From: Octopus vulgaris
Taxonomy: Eukaryota
Direction of reading: 5' to 3'
Length of the DNA: 64,000 nt
Assembly (NCBI GenBank): GCA_951406725.2
Contig: OX597817.1
Coordinates: forward strand, 41,974,001-42,038,000
This document shows, piece by piece, positions 25,036-39,419 of the stretch (its first letter is position 1; each line of letters opens with the position of its first letter). Both the position numbers and the translations under genes were made by a program. The notes beneath the pieces are model-generated. The model worked only from the letters and a program-made list of their open reading frames with translations, did no database searches and was not told the DNA's origin.

Positions 25036-25339
25036 TCTTTATATATAAAACTGTAGTTGTGTGTGTGTCTGTCTACCCCGATTTAGATTCCTAACTACTC
25101 CCACATTTTGCAGTGAAGTTTAACCAAAAGTGGGTATCTTATAGTCGTGATTCATATCGAGCCCTTCTGGGTATTAGCGCGCGTCTATGATGAGTCTACA
25201 ATTTAAAAAAAAAATTACCATCATTTTTCGCATTTTTAATGCATTTTTCGCTCGGTTTATATAAGGGAAGTAACCCTCTAAAAATGCTTATATAGTTATT
25301 TCCCTTACAAACCCGAGCAACGCCGGGCGATACTGCTAG
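25036..25339 (+). mobile_element. Non-autonomous Helitron
   Basis: A|TCTTTATATATAAAA ... CCCGAGCAACGCCGGGCGATACTGCTAG|T; the 3' end is shared with the element at 20957. Confidence 0.82.
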
Positions 25340-25517
25340 TATATATGTATATACTACACATTTCAATTGAGCAAACTCAAAGTTGCCATGCAAACTCTCC
25401 AGCACCTTTAACATAGGTGTGCAAATTTCCAGGTCAATCCGACCACATTTACTATCACTTTCGCCAGCACAACTGCTTGTGAGACAATGTCCGCCCATTT
25501 CACAAATATATAGTAGA

Positions 25518-26188
25518 CTAGCATTATGACCCGTCGTTGCCGGGTCATAGTGCTAGTGCATGTATATATGTGTATATATATGTGCACATATTACATGTAC
25601 CTCTATATATATACATCTACACATAAAATACAAAATACAAAGTTATATTTTGATATCGCTAGTGATAACAATACTCAAAATATATAACAGACTGGAATTA
25701 CTTTTGTTATGTTACGATTATATTATACTTTAGTTTGATTTTAATTATTACTTACTACATATAATTCAATTGTTATTATTTTTTTATTGTTAAAGTGAAA
25801 GTATCTGACATATAATAGAGAAATGTTTTTGTTTCACTTTTAACACGTAATACTGAAATAGTGGAGAAGATATGATATTGCTATGGGCTCGCTCTAGGCA
25901 AGAAGTTGAACATTTTTTTTGCTCATGAAACTACATGGACCCCTAAGTAAGGCATGTGTAAAATTTGAATGAAATTGGTTGTGTAGTTCTCAAGTTTTAG
26001 GGAATCGTAGTGGAGAAGATATGATATTGCTGTGGGCTCGCCCTAGGCAAGAAGTTAAATGACACTCCCCGGACCCTAAGTAAGGCATGTGTAAAATTTG
26101 AATAAAATTGGTTGTGTAGTTCTCAAGTTATAGGGAAACACACAGACAGACAGACAGACACACATTCTCAGTTTTATATATAGAGAGA
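25518..26188 (-). mobile_element. Non-autonomous Helitron with internal tandem duplication
   Basis: TC start and CTAG end on -, with a GACCCG/CGGGTC hairpin. TAGTGGAGAAGATATGATATTGCT occurs twice. A related partial copy lies at ~27435-27743. Confidence 0.75.
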
Positions 26189-26709
26189 TATATATGTAAA
26201 AGGGCACTTTTACACACACATGTGTGTATGTGTGCGATAATCTTGTCTCAGTTTCCATCGACCAAATTCATAAATTCACACACAAGGCTTTGACCAGCTC
26301 CAAACTATAGTAAAATACATTTGTCCAAGACTGTATGAAGTGTAACTGAACTGAAAATCACATGGTTGCAATGCACACTTCTCAACCAGACAGCTATGAT
26401 TGCACCCTGTACTTCACCAATCACTTCAGCAATGTAATTACAGCACGTGAGTAATTACATTGCACATGTGCTGTTGGCAATTTTTTTTTTCCTTCTGAGG
26501 ACTTTTCCCTTTCTCCTTTCCAATGAAGAGCTATGCTCAAAACATCAAACTCTCTCTTTTCATCAAGCATCAAGCTTATACATTTCTTGTGCATGTCCTC
26601 TTCTTGTCCGTTAATTTTACTCGTTTATTTGAATTGACTACATATATACATATATATGTTATGCATGGAGATGATATATATATGTGTGTGTGTGCTTACC
26701 TTGAATTGT

Positions 26710-27060
26710 AGGGCGACCTGCTGTGCTTGAGGAGACCTATTGAGTCAAGTACATCAACATCAAAATAAAAATCAAATGGAAATTGTATTTGTGATACCCG
26801 TGCTGGTGGCATGTAAAATGCACCATCCAAACGTGGTCGATGCCAGCACCACCATGACTGGTGTCCATGCCGGTGGCATGTAAAAAGCACCAACTACACT
26901 CACGGTGTGGTTGGGGTTAGGAAGGGCATCCAGCTGTAGAAACACTGCGAGATCAGTCTGGAGCCAAGTACAGCCTCCTGGCTTCCCAGACCCCGGTTGA
27001 ACAATCCAACCCATGCTAGCAAGGAAAACGGACGTTAAACGGTGATGATGATGATGATGT
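26710..27060 (+). mobile_element. SINE-like family B
   Basis: TTAGGAAGGGCATCCAGCTGTAGAAAC core and (GAT)n tail. Confidence 0.8.
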
Positions 27061-28248
27061 ACATATATATGAATATATATACACATACATGGTGGTGCTC
27101 CAGCATCAGCATGGCTGCAAGGCTAAAACAAGTAAAAGAGTAAAAGAGTATCATCATCATCATCATCGTTTAACGTCCACGTTCTATGCTGGCATGGGTT
27201 AGACGATTTGACTGAGGTCTGGAGAGCCAGAAGGCTGCACCAGGCTTCAATCTAATCTGGCAAAGTAATAAGCCTAGTACTTATTCTATTGATGTGTTTT
27301 GCCAAATGGCTAAGATGCAGGGATGTAAACACAGCAACATCGGTTGTCAAGCAATGGTGGGGGTACAAACTCACACACACTCACACACAAATATACACAT
27401 GTATATGATGTTCAGTTTCTTTCAGTTTCCGTGTAGTGAACGTATTAATAGTGAAACTGTTAATAGTGAAAGTATTAAAACTGAAACTATTATCTCACAT
27501 TACAATAGCGATGTTATTGTTTCACTTTTGACACATAATACTGAAACAGTGTATGAGATTGCTCTGGGCTTGCATTAGGGAAGAAGTTGAAAATTTTTTT
27601 TACCCATGACACTCCATGGACCCTAAAGTAGTGTATGTGTAAAATTTGAATGAAATCAGTTGGGTAGTTCTTGAGTTTTAGTGATGCACACATACAGACA
27701 CACACACAGACAGATACACATTCTCAGTTTTCTATATATAGATATCATCATCATTTAATGTCTATTTTCCATGCTAAGCATGAGTTGGACAGTTTAACAA
27801 GAGGACTGTGCCAAGCTTCAGTGTCTGGTTTGGCATGGTTTCTATGACTTGATGCCCTTTCTAATGCCAACCATTTTACAGAGTCTGCGAGGTGCTTCTT
27901 TCATGGCATCACCGCTGGCGAGGCGACCAAGTAACTTGCAAGACAAATATCCCTCAACTGAGTAGCGTTGAGGGAAATGGCTTTGTGCCAGGTTGTCATC
28001 ATCATCATTGTCACCATCATCATCATCATCATCATCGACATCATTTTAGTATGCATGTTTCATTATGTGAATGTGGGTTAGTCTGAGTTTGTTGAGGCAG
28101 AATCTTCAATGGCCAGTTGTCCTTCCTGTAGCCAATTGTCACCTGTTTCCAAGCAAAGTAATATTTTCTCGTGGCCAGACATGTTTTTGCAGAATATTGG
28201 AAATGAATGATGTTTACATATACTCAATATCAATGCAAGGTAACACAA

Positions 28249-28279
<31 letters not shown>

Positions 28280-28439
28280 ACACACAAATGCATATACGTA
28301 CATACATACATATACAAACATGCATATATCCATATATAAACAGATACATACACACACACACATACATTTGCATATATATGTGTGTGTGTATTTGTGTGAG
28401 CGTGTGTGTGTGTGTTGGACTTCTTTTCAGTTTCTACAT

Positions 28440-28805
28440 ATCACATGGTTCCGGGTTCAGTCCCACTGCGTGGCACCTTGGGCAAGTGTCTCCTACTACA
28501 GCCTCAGGCCAACCAAAGCCTTGTGAATGGATTTGGTAGATGGAAGCTGAAAAAATCCCTTCATATATATGTATATATATATGTGTGTGCGTGTATATGT
28601 TTTTGTGTTGGTGTTTGTACCCCGCCCCCCAACATCGCTTGACAACCAATGCTGGTGTGTTTACATCTCATAACTTAGTGGTTCGGCAAAAGAGACCGAT
28701 AGAATAAGTACTAGGCTTACAAAGAATAAGTCCTGGGGTCGATTTGCTTGACTAAAGGCGGTGCTCCAGCATGGCCATAGTCAAATGACTGAATCAAGTA
28801 AAGAG
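28440..28805 (+). mobile_element. SINE family A (5'-clipped)
   Basis: Matches 577-991 from CACATGGTTCCGGGTTCAGTCCC onward. Confidence 0.85.
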
Positions 28806-29764
28806 AGTCAGAGTATCAAATTCACTCACAAGGCTTTTACTGGCCCTGGGTTAAGATAGATACCTACTGTTCAAGCTGCTGTGCAGTAAGATAGAACCTG
28901 AAATTGCATGGTTTGGAAACAGGCTTCTAAACAGCATAGCCATGGCTGTGTCTAATGTCAGCTGTGAAAATATTTCCAGTTGGTGCTTGGAGCACTTTGC
29001 TAGCTCTCAGTACCACTGAATACTTCTAAATCATTGACTGGAAGTAGATTAATAAATGATTTTGAGTGAAGAACACGACAATATAGCAGTACATTTAGCT
29101 ATGGGATGCAAGCCTGATGTTTGAAGTTTCGGTTGTAGATCAGCTTGCAACAGAAAATCAATTCTATGCTTTAAACATTATTGGTTATATGTTGAGTACA
29201 TATCAAGATTTATTGATGAAGCTGCAGACCTACATACAAATGATAATGTAAAACAAAGTTTGTTTTTCTATCCGTTTTTTTTTGTTTTTGTTTTTGTATT
29301 TTATGGGCAAAAAATAAATAAGAGTAAAAATAAAAATACCAAAAGTATTGGTATTGAGTGAACCAATTCCATAAACAGATATTTAAGTGAATACATAAGT
29401 AAATAGTTTTCTGCCCTCCGAATGACTTCTGACTAATCTCCATCAGTTCAAATTCAATATTAACAACAGCTAATCTCACCTAGCCTTCCAAATCTCATAG
29501 CCTAGTTTGGTCTGCAGTCACCGCGGATTCGGTTCTTCTTTCTTGGACAAATCAATTTGTATGGAATACTGAGCTTGTGGTATTTTTTTTTTGCAGTTCA
29601 AAGTGTTTTCCAAGTTCAATTCACACCCGGTTCGGTTTGGCTTTCATGCTTCTGAAGACTGATAAGAGAGGAAAAGAAAATGCACCAGTCAAATACACCA
29701 TCATCATTGTTACCCTCCTCCTCCTCCTCCTCCTCATCATCATCATCATCATCATCACCACCAC

Positions 29765-29802
<38 letters not shown>

Positions 29803-30619
29803 CTATCATCACTATCATCACTATCATCAGCACCACCACTGCCGCCGCCACCACCACCACCACCATCACCACTACCACCACTAGCACCCCCACCACTACC
29901 ACCATCATCATCATCAACAACAACAACCACAACCATTAGACATTACTGTTTTGAGTCCTAGTACTCATATGGCAGGTTACTCAGTTTGCACAACATATTA
30001 GTCACTGAAATCACAACATTTCCCCCTTAAATGGGATGCCTGTGCATCACAGGGTTTCTCCTTTACAGCTGAATGGTCTGGAGCAACATTAAATTAACGT
30101 GTTTTGCTCAAGAACACAATGTACTGCCCAGTGTAGGAATTGAACCCATGATTTTGTGCATGTGAGTGCACCACCCTAATCACCAAGGGCAATTTAACAA
30201 ACTGTGCTCTTCCTTCTGATAAATTGTGGCCTTACACCTATAATCAATCGGTTAGAACAGTGATAGTGAACTAAAACGATTGTTTTGCTCCATTCAGCTC
30301 TGAGCAGATCTATGATCAAAGACATTCTAGCCTTGACCATCTCATCTGTTTGCGTATATAGAATTATATTGTTCAATTGTGTCCTTTCTGCTTTAAGACA
30401 GAAGAATACAAGAATACAGAGTTAATGGTGCAGGTTTAAGAACTTTGTTTTGCAACCATGTGGTTTTGGCATCATGTGTTTTCTAATTTATTCTTGAATT
30501 GACCAAAGCTGTATCAATGAAATTTAATGCCAGTTGTTCTCCATAGGTCAGAAATTTGGACAATATACAAAGCAATGGTGAAGAAGTTAAAAGCCTTTCA
30601 GATGTGGATCTGTCACAAA

Positions 30620-30975
30620 TTGGTACTTAATTTATCAACCCTGAAAGGATGAGAGGCAAAACTGACCTCGGCGGAATTTGAACCCAGGACATAAAGACAG
30701 ACGAAATACCACTAAGCATTTCACCCTGCATGCTAACATTTCTTATTTCTTTATTGCACATAAGTGGCTACAAACAGAGGGGACAAACAAGGACAGACAA
30801 ACGGATTAAGTCGATTATATCGACCCCAGTACATAACAGGTATTTAATTTATCGACCCTGAAAGGATGAAAGGCAAAGTCGACCTCGGTGGAATTTGAAC
30901 TCAGAACGTAACGGCAAATGAAATACCGCTAAGCATTTTGCCCGGCATGCTAACGTTTCTGCCAGCTCATTGCCT
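30620..30975 (-). mobile_element. SINE family C, dimeric
   Basis: Reverse complement of the family C core, present twice. Confidence 0.75.
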
Positions 30976-31459
30976 TTGTTACCAGTAATATTTAGGCTCC
31001 ATATCAATGCCATGTTCATCTCCTACACTCTGATATTGCATGCTTAACTAAATGTAATGTGGCATATATTTGATGGTTAGGCTAAAACATAGGAAAAAAG
31101 CCAAATAAAAGCAGAAGAATAACGGAAAACAAATTATTGATATTTGAAATCCTTCACTTGAATACTAGCTTCAATAATTTTATACCCCGAGAAACACCAT
31201 TTCATTGGCAAAATTTAATTGAAACATAACCTTAATAGAGACTGCGTGTTTATTAAGTCTTCAGAATAATTTTTTGCATGTTGCCTTATAGTCTACTTGT
31301 ACTATTTCAATTGGGTTATATAATCATGTAATTTAGAACTTAACATTAATGTGTTTTTAATGTTTTCCTAATTTGATACGTCCAAATTGGTTGTGGCTTG
31401 CCATGTCAACTTGACCTATTTATTTTATTTTATTAGATTTCATCATCATCGTCATCAAC

Positions 31460-32142
31460 ATCATCATCATCATCGTTTAACGTCCGCTTTCCATGCTAGC
31501 ATGGGTTGGACAATTTGACTGAGGACTGGCAAACCAGATGGCTGCACCAGGCTCCAATCTGATCTGGCAGGGTTTTTACAGCTGGATCCCTTCCTAACGC
31601 CAACCACTCCGAGAGTGTAGTGGGTGCTTTTACGTGCCAATGGCACAAGGGCCAGTCAAGAGGTACTGGGAATGGCCATGCTCAAATGGTGTTTTTTATG
31701 TGTCACCTGCATAGGAGCCAGTCCAGCGGCACTGGTAACGACCTCGCTTGAATGTTTTGTTCACGTGCCACATGATCACACTAGAATGGTGCTTTTTATG
31801 TGCCACCGGCACAGAAGCCAGTCAGCGCTCTGGCAACGATCACACTCGGATGGTGCTCTTAGTGCTCCACTAGCACACATGCCAGTCATCAATTTGATTT
31901 CGATTTCAATTACACTTGCCTCAACAGGTCTTCGCAAGCAGAGTTTAGTGTCCAATGAAAGAAAGGTACGCATAAGTGGGCTGGTTACACCCCTGGCATA
32001 GGCCATGAGGTTATGGTCTCACTTGGCTTGCCGGGTCTTCTCAAGCACAGCATATTTCTAAAGGTCTCGGTCACTAGTCATTGCCTTGGTGAGGCCTAAT
32101 GTTCGAAGGTCATGCTTCACCACCTTATCCCAGGTCTTCCTG
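31460..32142 (-). mobile_element. SINE-like family B, long form with internal GTGCCA..GGCAC subrepeats
   Basis: Core and (CAT)n flank, with several subrepeats; a related copy lies at 50455-50915 (+). Confidence 0.75.
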
Positions 32143-32869
32143 GGTCATCATGTTTTGCTATTGCTTGCGTTATTCTTATTTATCATTTACCTTTTATCTT
32201 TTACTTGTTTCAGTCATTATATTGTGGCCATGCTGGAGCACCACCTTGAAGGGTTTTTCCTCGAAAATCAACCCCCCCAAGGATTTATTTCTTTTCAAGC
32301 CTAGTATTTATTCTATCAGTCTCTTTGGCTGAGCTGTTAGGTTACAGGGATGTAAACATACCAACACCGGTTGTCAAGCAGCAGTAGGAGGCAAACACAG
32401 ACACACACATACATGTGTATGTGTGTAAGTCATCTATGTGTCCATAAGTCAGGAAAAAATGCACTCGTGATCTATTGATAGAGTCAGTGTATTATCCAAA
32501 GTGTACCGTATCATATATCCATTACAACTGACCTTACCAATTGGTTTTGCACCAGGGATTCAATGTAGTGTTTGATAATAATCTGATTATGTAACCCTGT
32601 GCTCATCAGAGGTAGCTGATATGGAATGAAATATGGTGACTAAACATCCATTAATGTTATATCGCCTGAAGAAATGAATCCATGAAGATGATCAACACAA
32701 TACCCACGGATACTATGGGTTACGCTGCAATCATCCCAGGAATATGGATTGTGGTCTTAAGAGACATGTAATTTGTGGAATCGCGCATAGTGATGCATTA
32801 AATGTTTATAAATTCTATCCATGGATTATCATTATTATTACTAAATTTATCCTACATTATATTGGTACA

Positions 32870-33170
32870 GTGGAAGCACATAGCCTAGTGGTTAGAGCAG
32901 CAGACTCACAGTCAAGGGATCGCAAGTTCAAATCTCAGACAGGGCGATGTGTGTATTTATGAGCAAAACACCTAAGCTCCACATGGCTCTGGCAGAAGGT
33001 AATGGCGAACTTCTGCTGACTCTTTCACCACAACTTTCTCTCACTCTTTCCTCCTGCATCTTGCAGCTCACCTACAACGGACCGGCACCCTATCCAGGTG
33101 GGGAACCTATACACCAAGGAAACTGGGAAACCAGCCCTATGAGCCAGGCGTAGCTCAAGAAGGAACAAAC
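32870..33170 (+). mobile_element. tRNA-derived SINE (fourth family)
   Basis: TAGCCTAGTGGTTAGAGC..AAGTTCAAATCTC head. Related pieces lie at 38375-38670 and 39750-39885 (-). Confidence 0.65.
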
Positions 33171-33324
33171 AATATTGGTATAGCTTGATGCAACGCCAAA
33201 AAACTGGTCCATTAGTCAGCATCATTAGACTGGCCAGCATAATGGAATAGGAACTTTATTTACATGCTCCAAACATTTCCCATGAACAAATTTAAAAGAT
33301 ATATGTAGGACAGGAGTTGCTGCA

Positions 33325-33516
33325 TAGGCACAGGTGTAGATGTGTGTTAAGTAGCTTGCTTACCAACCGCATGGTCCTGGGTTCTGTCTTCCTGCATGAC
33401 ATCTTGGGCACGTGTCTTCTACTATAGCCTTGGGCCAACCATACCCTTGTGAGTGAATTTAGTAGATGGAAACTGAAAGAAGCCCATCATATATATGTAT
33501 ATATATATATACATAC

Positions 33517-33573
<57 letters not shown>

Positions 33574-33788
33574 TGTGTGTGTATATGTATGTGTGTGTAT
33601 ATGTTTGTGTGTCTGCGTTTATCCACCCAACATTGCTTGACAACCAATGTTGGTGTGTTTATGTTCCTGTAATTTAGTGGTTTGGAAAAAGAGACCGATA
33701 GAATAAGTCCTGGGGTCGATTTGCTCGACTAAAGGTGGTGCTCCAGCATGGCCACAGTCAAATGACTGAAACAAGTAAAAGAGTAAAA

Positions 33789-33844
<56 letters not shown>

Positions 33845-34055
33845 GTATATATGTTTGTGTGTCTATGTTTGTTTCCCCACCTTCGCTTGACAATCAATGT
33901 TGATGTACTTACGTCCCTGTAACTTAGCCGTTCGGCAAAAGAGACCAACAGAATAAGTACTAGGCGTACAAAGAATAAGTCCTGGGGTCGATTCATTCGA
34001 CTAAAGGCGGTGCTCCAGCGTGGCCACAGTTAAATGACTGAAACAAATAAACGAA
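33325..34055 (+). mobile_element. SINE family A followed by a second 3' half
   Basis: A full unit runs to ~33790, then (TA)n, then a repeated 3' half at 33850-34055. Confidence 0.8.
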
Positions 34056-34869
34056 AAAAAGGAATATATGTACATATATGGATGGATGGGTGGATGGATC
34101 AATGGATGTACAATGTATATACTTCCATACAATTTCTGTCTCACAAATTCCATTTGCAATCGTTCGTCAGTAAAAAAACAAAAATATTTGTTCAAAGTAC
34201 TGCACAGTGGGATGGAACTTGAAATCATGCAATTTTGAAACAAACTTTCTAACTACATAACCATACCATACTTAAAAACTAAACAACTGATTAACAAACA
34301 ACAAAAAAATCAACTAATTTCACAGCCATTTGTGTTTCATAATGCTATAATTAATTAGTTTTGTGATTTTCTTTCACTGGTTTCTGCGATTAGACAGCCT
34401 TCAAGGGATTTAGTCAATCATAGCTACCCTGGTATTTACTTTAATTATGTAAATATATATTTTCCCCATCAGATGTCTTCTAATTGAAAAATTATATTTT
34501 CTCTTTTTTTTCGATGATATATTTAATTTTGTACACAATATATTCATGACAATTAATTTCTTCAAGAATATATGAATTAAATAAACACATAGCTAAATAT
34601 ATGCATATATTTATCTATATCTGAATCTATATGTATATATATAAATAAAGTATAGACACAGCTTCCTTATACTGCCAAAACATATAGCTGTTATATATAT
34701 AGTTATATATAACTACATTGTATCATTTCTTATACAAGTTGAAGTGATATAACAAATATATAAATATCAAATCATTTATCTCTTTTCAAAATGAAAATGT
34801 CTAAATATGATTTTAAAATGATATTTAGACATATTAACTCACTTGATATTCATAAGCATGAAGGATATT

Positions 34870-34916
34870 CTATACATACACACAATATACATATGAGAAA
34901 ATATGTGTATGTGTAA

Positions 34917-34947
<31 letters not shown>

Positions 34948-35205
34948 CACATAAAGATATGTATATACATATATATTATAGATATAATGTATATTTATAT
35001 GTATATAGATGTATGTATGTGAGTGTGTGTATATGTGTACATATATACATAATATATATATAGTATATATGTAGCATATATGTCTGTAATATATATATGT
35101 ATGTACATATATATGTGTGCACACACACACACAGATATATATATATATATATACACATATACATATATATATAAATATATATGTATATATGTATATATGT
35201 ATATA

Positions 35206-35251
<46 letters not shown>

Positions 35252-35326
35252 TATATGTATATATATATACATATATATATATGTGTATATATATATATGT
35301 ATATGTATATATATATGCATGTATAT

Positions 35327-35362
<36 letters not shown>

Positions 35363-35378
35363 CTATATGTATATGTTA
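34870..35378. repeat. Degenerate (TA)n/(TATG) tract
   Basis: Directly visible. Confidence 0.95.
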
Positions 35379-35828
35379 TAGGGGAACTTCATACTCCACC
35401 ACAATGATGTAGCCTTGCATACAAATATATTTTACTAAAGCGACATAATCAAACTTACAATGTAAAACACAGCAATTATTATAAATGGGCTTTATCTATT
35501 TGATTTCCTTGAATACCTTTGCTAATGATTAATGAATCATATAAGTTCACTCATCCACACTACCTTTTGTAAAGCTATCAAATTTCGAAATTATAAGCAT
35601 AAATCTTATTTATCTGTTTCCTTCTCAGATGTGTTTAAGCACAAAAATCACATATGCAAAAATATATTCAATCACCATTGAAAATGTGGAAACATCGAGC
35701 TTTTTCTTTATCTCTGTATCTTTACATCTCTATCTTCCTTTTCATATGTGTCTCTCTCTTTGTATCTATTTATCCATCTATCTCTCTATCTCTCTATCTA
35801 TCTATCCATCTATCTATCTCTCTCTCTC

Positions 35829-35873
<45 letters not shown>

Positions 35874-35903
35874 ATCTACTTATTTATCTATCTTTTTATT
35901 TCT

Positions 35904-35987
<84 letters not shown>

Positions 35988-37189
35988 GTCTGTATGTCTC
36001 AATGGATTTATTCTAAAACCTTCTTCAGACACTAAGATAAGAGAGGAAGAGCCATATCTTTACATAAACAAAATCAATTTATATGCATAAACACAAACAC
36101 TCACACACGCACACACGTGGATGCACAGAGACACACACGTATGTATTTATAAACTATGTATGTATGTATCTATGTATGCATGAATGTATGTATGTATTTT
36201 TAAGCAACAGACGCTTTAAAGCTGCTTCTAAGAGAGTTTTGCAATCAGGTTTCAAATCACAATTTCAGCTTTTCCCTCTACTTAAATTATAATAGCTAAA
36301 ACTCTTTAAAAGGTTATAAAACGTCATCACCTTCTTTTGGTTTTTTTTCTGGCACTGATAAATTTTGAAGGAAGAATATAAAAAGTACAGGCTATTATAC
36401 TTTGGACATAGCACTTCTTAGGGTAGTAAAGAAAAGTCTAGGAGAGTGAAGAAGGCAAGAAAAGAGAAGATGAAAGATGATTTAAAAAAGGGGTGTGTGA
36501 ATGTGCATGAGCATGTGTGTCTGTGTATAAATATATATATATATATATACACACACAAACATATATATATTAATTTGAAGTGTGTAGTATAATATATCCA
36601 TTACGCCTGATCATACTAATCAATTTTGCACCAGGATTTCAATGGAGTGTTAGGTAACAGTCCGATTATGTAACCTCGCGCTCTTCAGAGGTAGCTGTTA
36701 TGAAATGAAATATGGTGACTGCTCTCTGTTGTTGGAGGTGAATAGACACATCTGTTCCAGCATGGCCATAGTCAAATGACTGAAACAAGTAAAATAGTAA
36801 ATAAAATCCATTATCTTGTGTCTTTTAGATTTTCATGATGAGACAGTTTATTTTTAGAAAGACATTTTAGAATAGATATAAGAAACTAGATCTGGTCAGT
36901 TTTAACAGAACAATTAGGTCAGTTTAAATGCTAAAGGGTTAAAGGAGTTACAAGTTGGTAAATGCAGGAAAATCATGCTGGGAGAGAATTCCAAGGACCT
37001 GTTGTTCAAGAGAGGAAGGATCGACATAATGGTTAAGGAGGGACTTGAAAAGGTGAACACAACCATTTCATGTCTTCTATTATTATTGTAGTGCTGTCTC
37101 AGTTTATTATGATCAACAAGACCTAAATGGTGTCGTTAATTAGGGAAATAATTAAGTGGAAGTCTGGTTGAAAAGCAACCTTCTCACTA

Positions 37190-37895
37190 ACCTCCTCTTC
37201 TTTTTCTTCTTCTTCTTCTTCTTCTTCTTCTTCTTCTTCTTCTTCTTCTTCTTCTTCTTCTTCCTCCTCCTCCTCCTCCTCCTCCTCCGCAATCCCTCCA
37301 CTTCCTCCACTTCTTCTTCTTCATCTTCCTCTTTTTTCCTTATTTTCTTCTTCCTCCTCTGTTTCTTCTTCTTCCTCCACATCTGACTCCACTTCTTTTT
37401 CCTCCACCTCCTTTCCCTGTTCCTCCTTTCCCTTCTCCTCCTCTTTTCCCTCCTCCAATTCTTCCTCCTCCTCCCCCTCCTCCTCCTCTTCCCCTCCGCT
37501 TCCCCTTCTTCTTCTTCCTCCTCCTCTTCCCCTCTTCTTCCTCTTTTTCTTCCTCCTCTTCTTCCTCCTCTTCCTCCTCTTCCCCTTCTTCTTCCTCCTC
37601 CTCTTCCCCTCTTCTTCCTCTTCTTCTTCCTCCTCCTCTTCCCCTCCTCTTCCCCTTCTTCTTCCTCCTCCTCTTCCCCTCTTCTTCCTCTTCTTCTTCC
37701 TCCTCCTCTTCCCCTCCTCTTCCTCTTCTTCTTCCTCCTCCTCTTCCCCTCTTCTTCCTCTTCTTCTTTCCTCCTCCTCCTCTTCCCCTCTTTTCCTCCT
37801 CTTCTTCCTCATCCTCTTCCTCTCCTCATCCCCTCCTCCTCCTCCACCTCCTCCTCATCCCCCCTCCTTTCCTCCTTTTCCTCCTCCTCCTCCAT
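37190..37895. repeat. ~700-bp polypyrimidine (CTT/CCT)n tract
   Basis: Almost purine-free on +, with recurring CTCTTCCCCT sub-units. Confidence 0.95.
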
Positions 37896-39419
37896 CATCA
37901 TCATCATCATCACCTCATTATCATCGTTGCTATAGTAACTATCGTTATTCTGCAGTTTGACTAATACAGGACCTATCTAAAAATTAGAAACAAAAAGAAA
38001 TTTAAAAAGATTGGCACTCTCTCGGTTACAACAATGAATGTTCCAATTGACCCAATCAACAGAACAATTTTGCTCATAAAATTAATGCACAAGTGGCCGA
38101 GTACTCCACAGACACCTGTACCCTTCATGAAGTTCTCAGAGAGATTCAACATGGCACAAAATGTAACAAGGCTGGCCCTTTTGAATTACAGGTGCAACTC
38201 ACTTTTGCCAGCTGAGTGGACTGGAGCAATGTGAAACAAACATCTTGCTCAAGGACAAAATGTGTCATTGGATATTGAACTCATGACTTTATGATCATAA
38301 ACTGAAGACCCTAACCATTTGACCACATGCCTTCAGTTTAACCTTTACAGAATCTACCTACTTATCTATGTTAAGGTGCAATGGCCCAGTGGTTAGGGCA
38401 GCGGACACGCAGTTATAGGATCACAGTTTCGATTCGATTCTCAGTGGTTGAACACTCAACAGACACACATACCCTTAATGTAGTTCTTGGGGAGATTCAG
38501 CATGACACAGAGTGTGACTATGCTGGCCCTTTGAAATACAAGTACAACGGAAACAGGCAGAAAAAGTGAGAGAAAGTTGTGGTGAAAGAGTACAGCAGGG
38601 TTCGCCAACACCCCCTGTCGGAGCCTTGTGGAGCTTTAAGCGTTTTTGCTCAATAAACACTCACAACATAACTTAGCAGTTTGGCAAAAGAGACTGCTAG
38701 AATAGTACTAGGCTTACAAAGAATAAGTCCTGGAGTTGATTTGCTCGACTAAAAAGCGGTGCTCCTGCATGGCCACAGTCAAATGACTGAAACAAGTAAA
38801 AGCGTAAAAAAGTATTAATTAACCCATTATTTTGGGTTGTTTTTTTTTTAAAATCCATTGCCTCATTACAGCCATCCCATTATCACCCCTCTTTTGTTCC
38901 ACACCCTCCTGGAGGGGGGTGGACAGTACTGCCTACTTTGGGAATCACTGCAGTAGATGATGGCCTTCATTTTATGAATCTGTTGTTTCATTTTGTAGGT
39001 GATCTGTAGGTAGGATCTGTATGCACAGCCCGTATAGATGCAAAATGCACAATCTCATGATAATCATAGTTAGGTGTGAATTTTTTTCCTTTTTGGCAGA
39101 AAGATTGTTGAAGGCAGAAAGAAGCACTATGCTGTGTCTAATTTATTGCTTATATGCTAACATGGTTGTTTCTTTATGTGCACCAAATGTGATGTCCACA
39201 AGTATCATTACAATATTTATGCATTGCTTTGCTTTCCTAACAACGTCATCATTGTGTGCTGTGAATGTTGTTAAGATAATATTGAACAAACTTTTTAGTA
39301 TTTTTATTGCTTGTCATTCTAACTACCTTAGATTTCAGCAAAGATTTTGACACCTTTCTATCTTTCCTATCTGTAAAGAAAATTCAAAGCAATTCTTAAA
39401 AACAACGCACAAATTTATA

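Noticed and set aside
32500-32640. CTGATGAG on - in a repeat shared with 36595-36720
   Set aside because: I could not find a stem II closed by GAAA, so it is left as an unclassified repeat.
37152-37812. Protamine-like or acidic ORFs
   Set aside because: They come from the (CTT/CCT)n tract.
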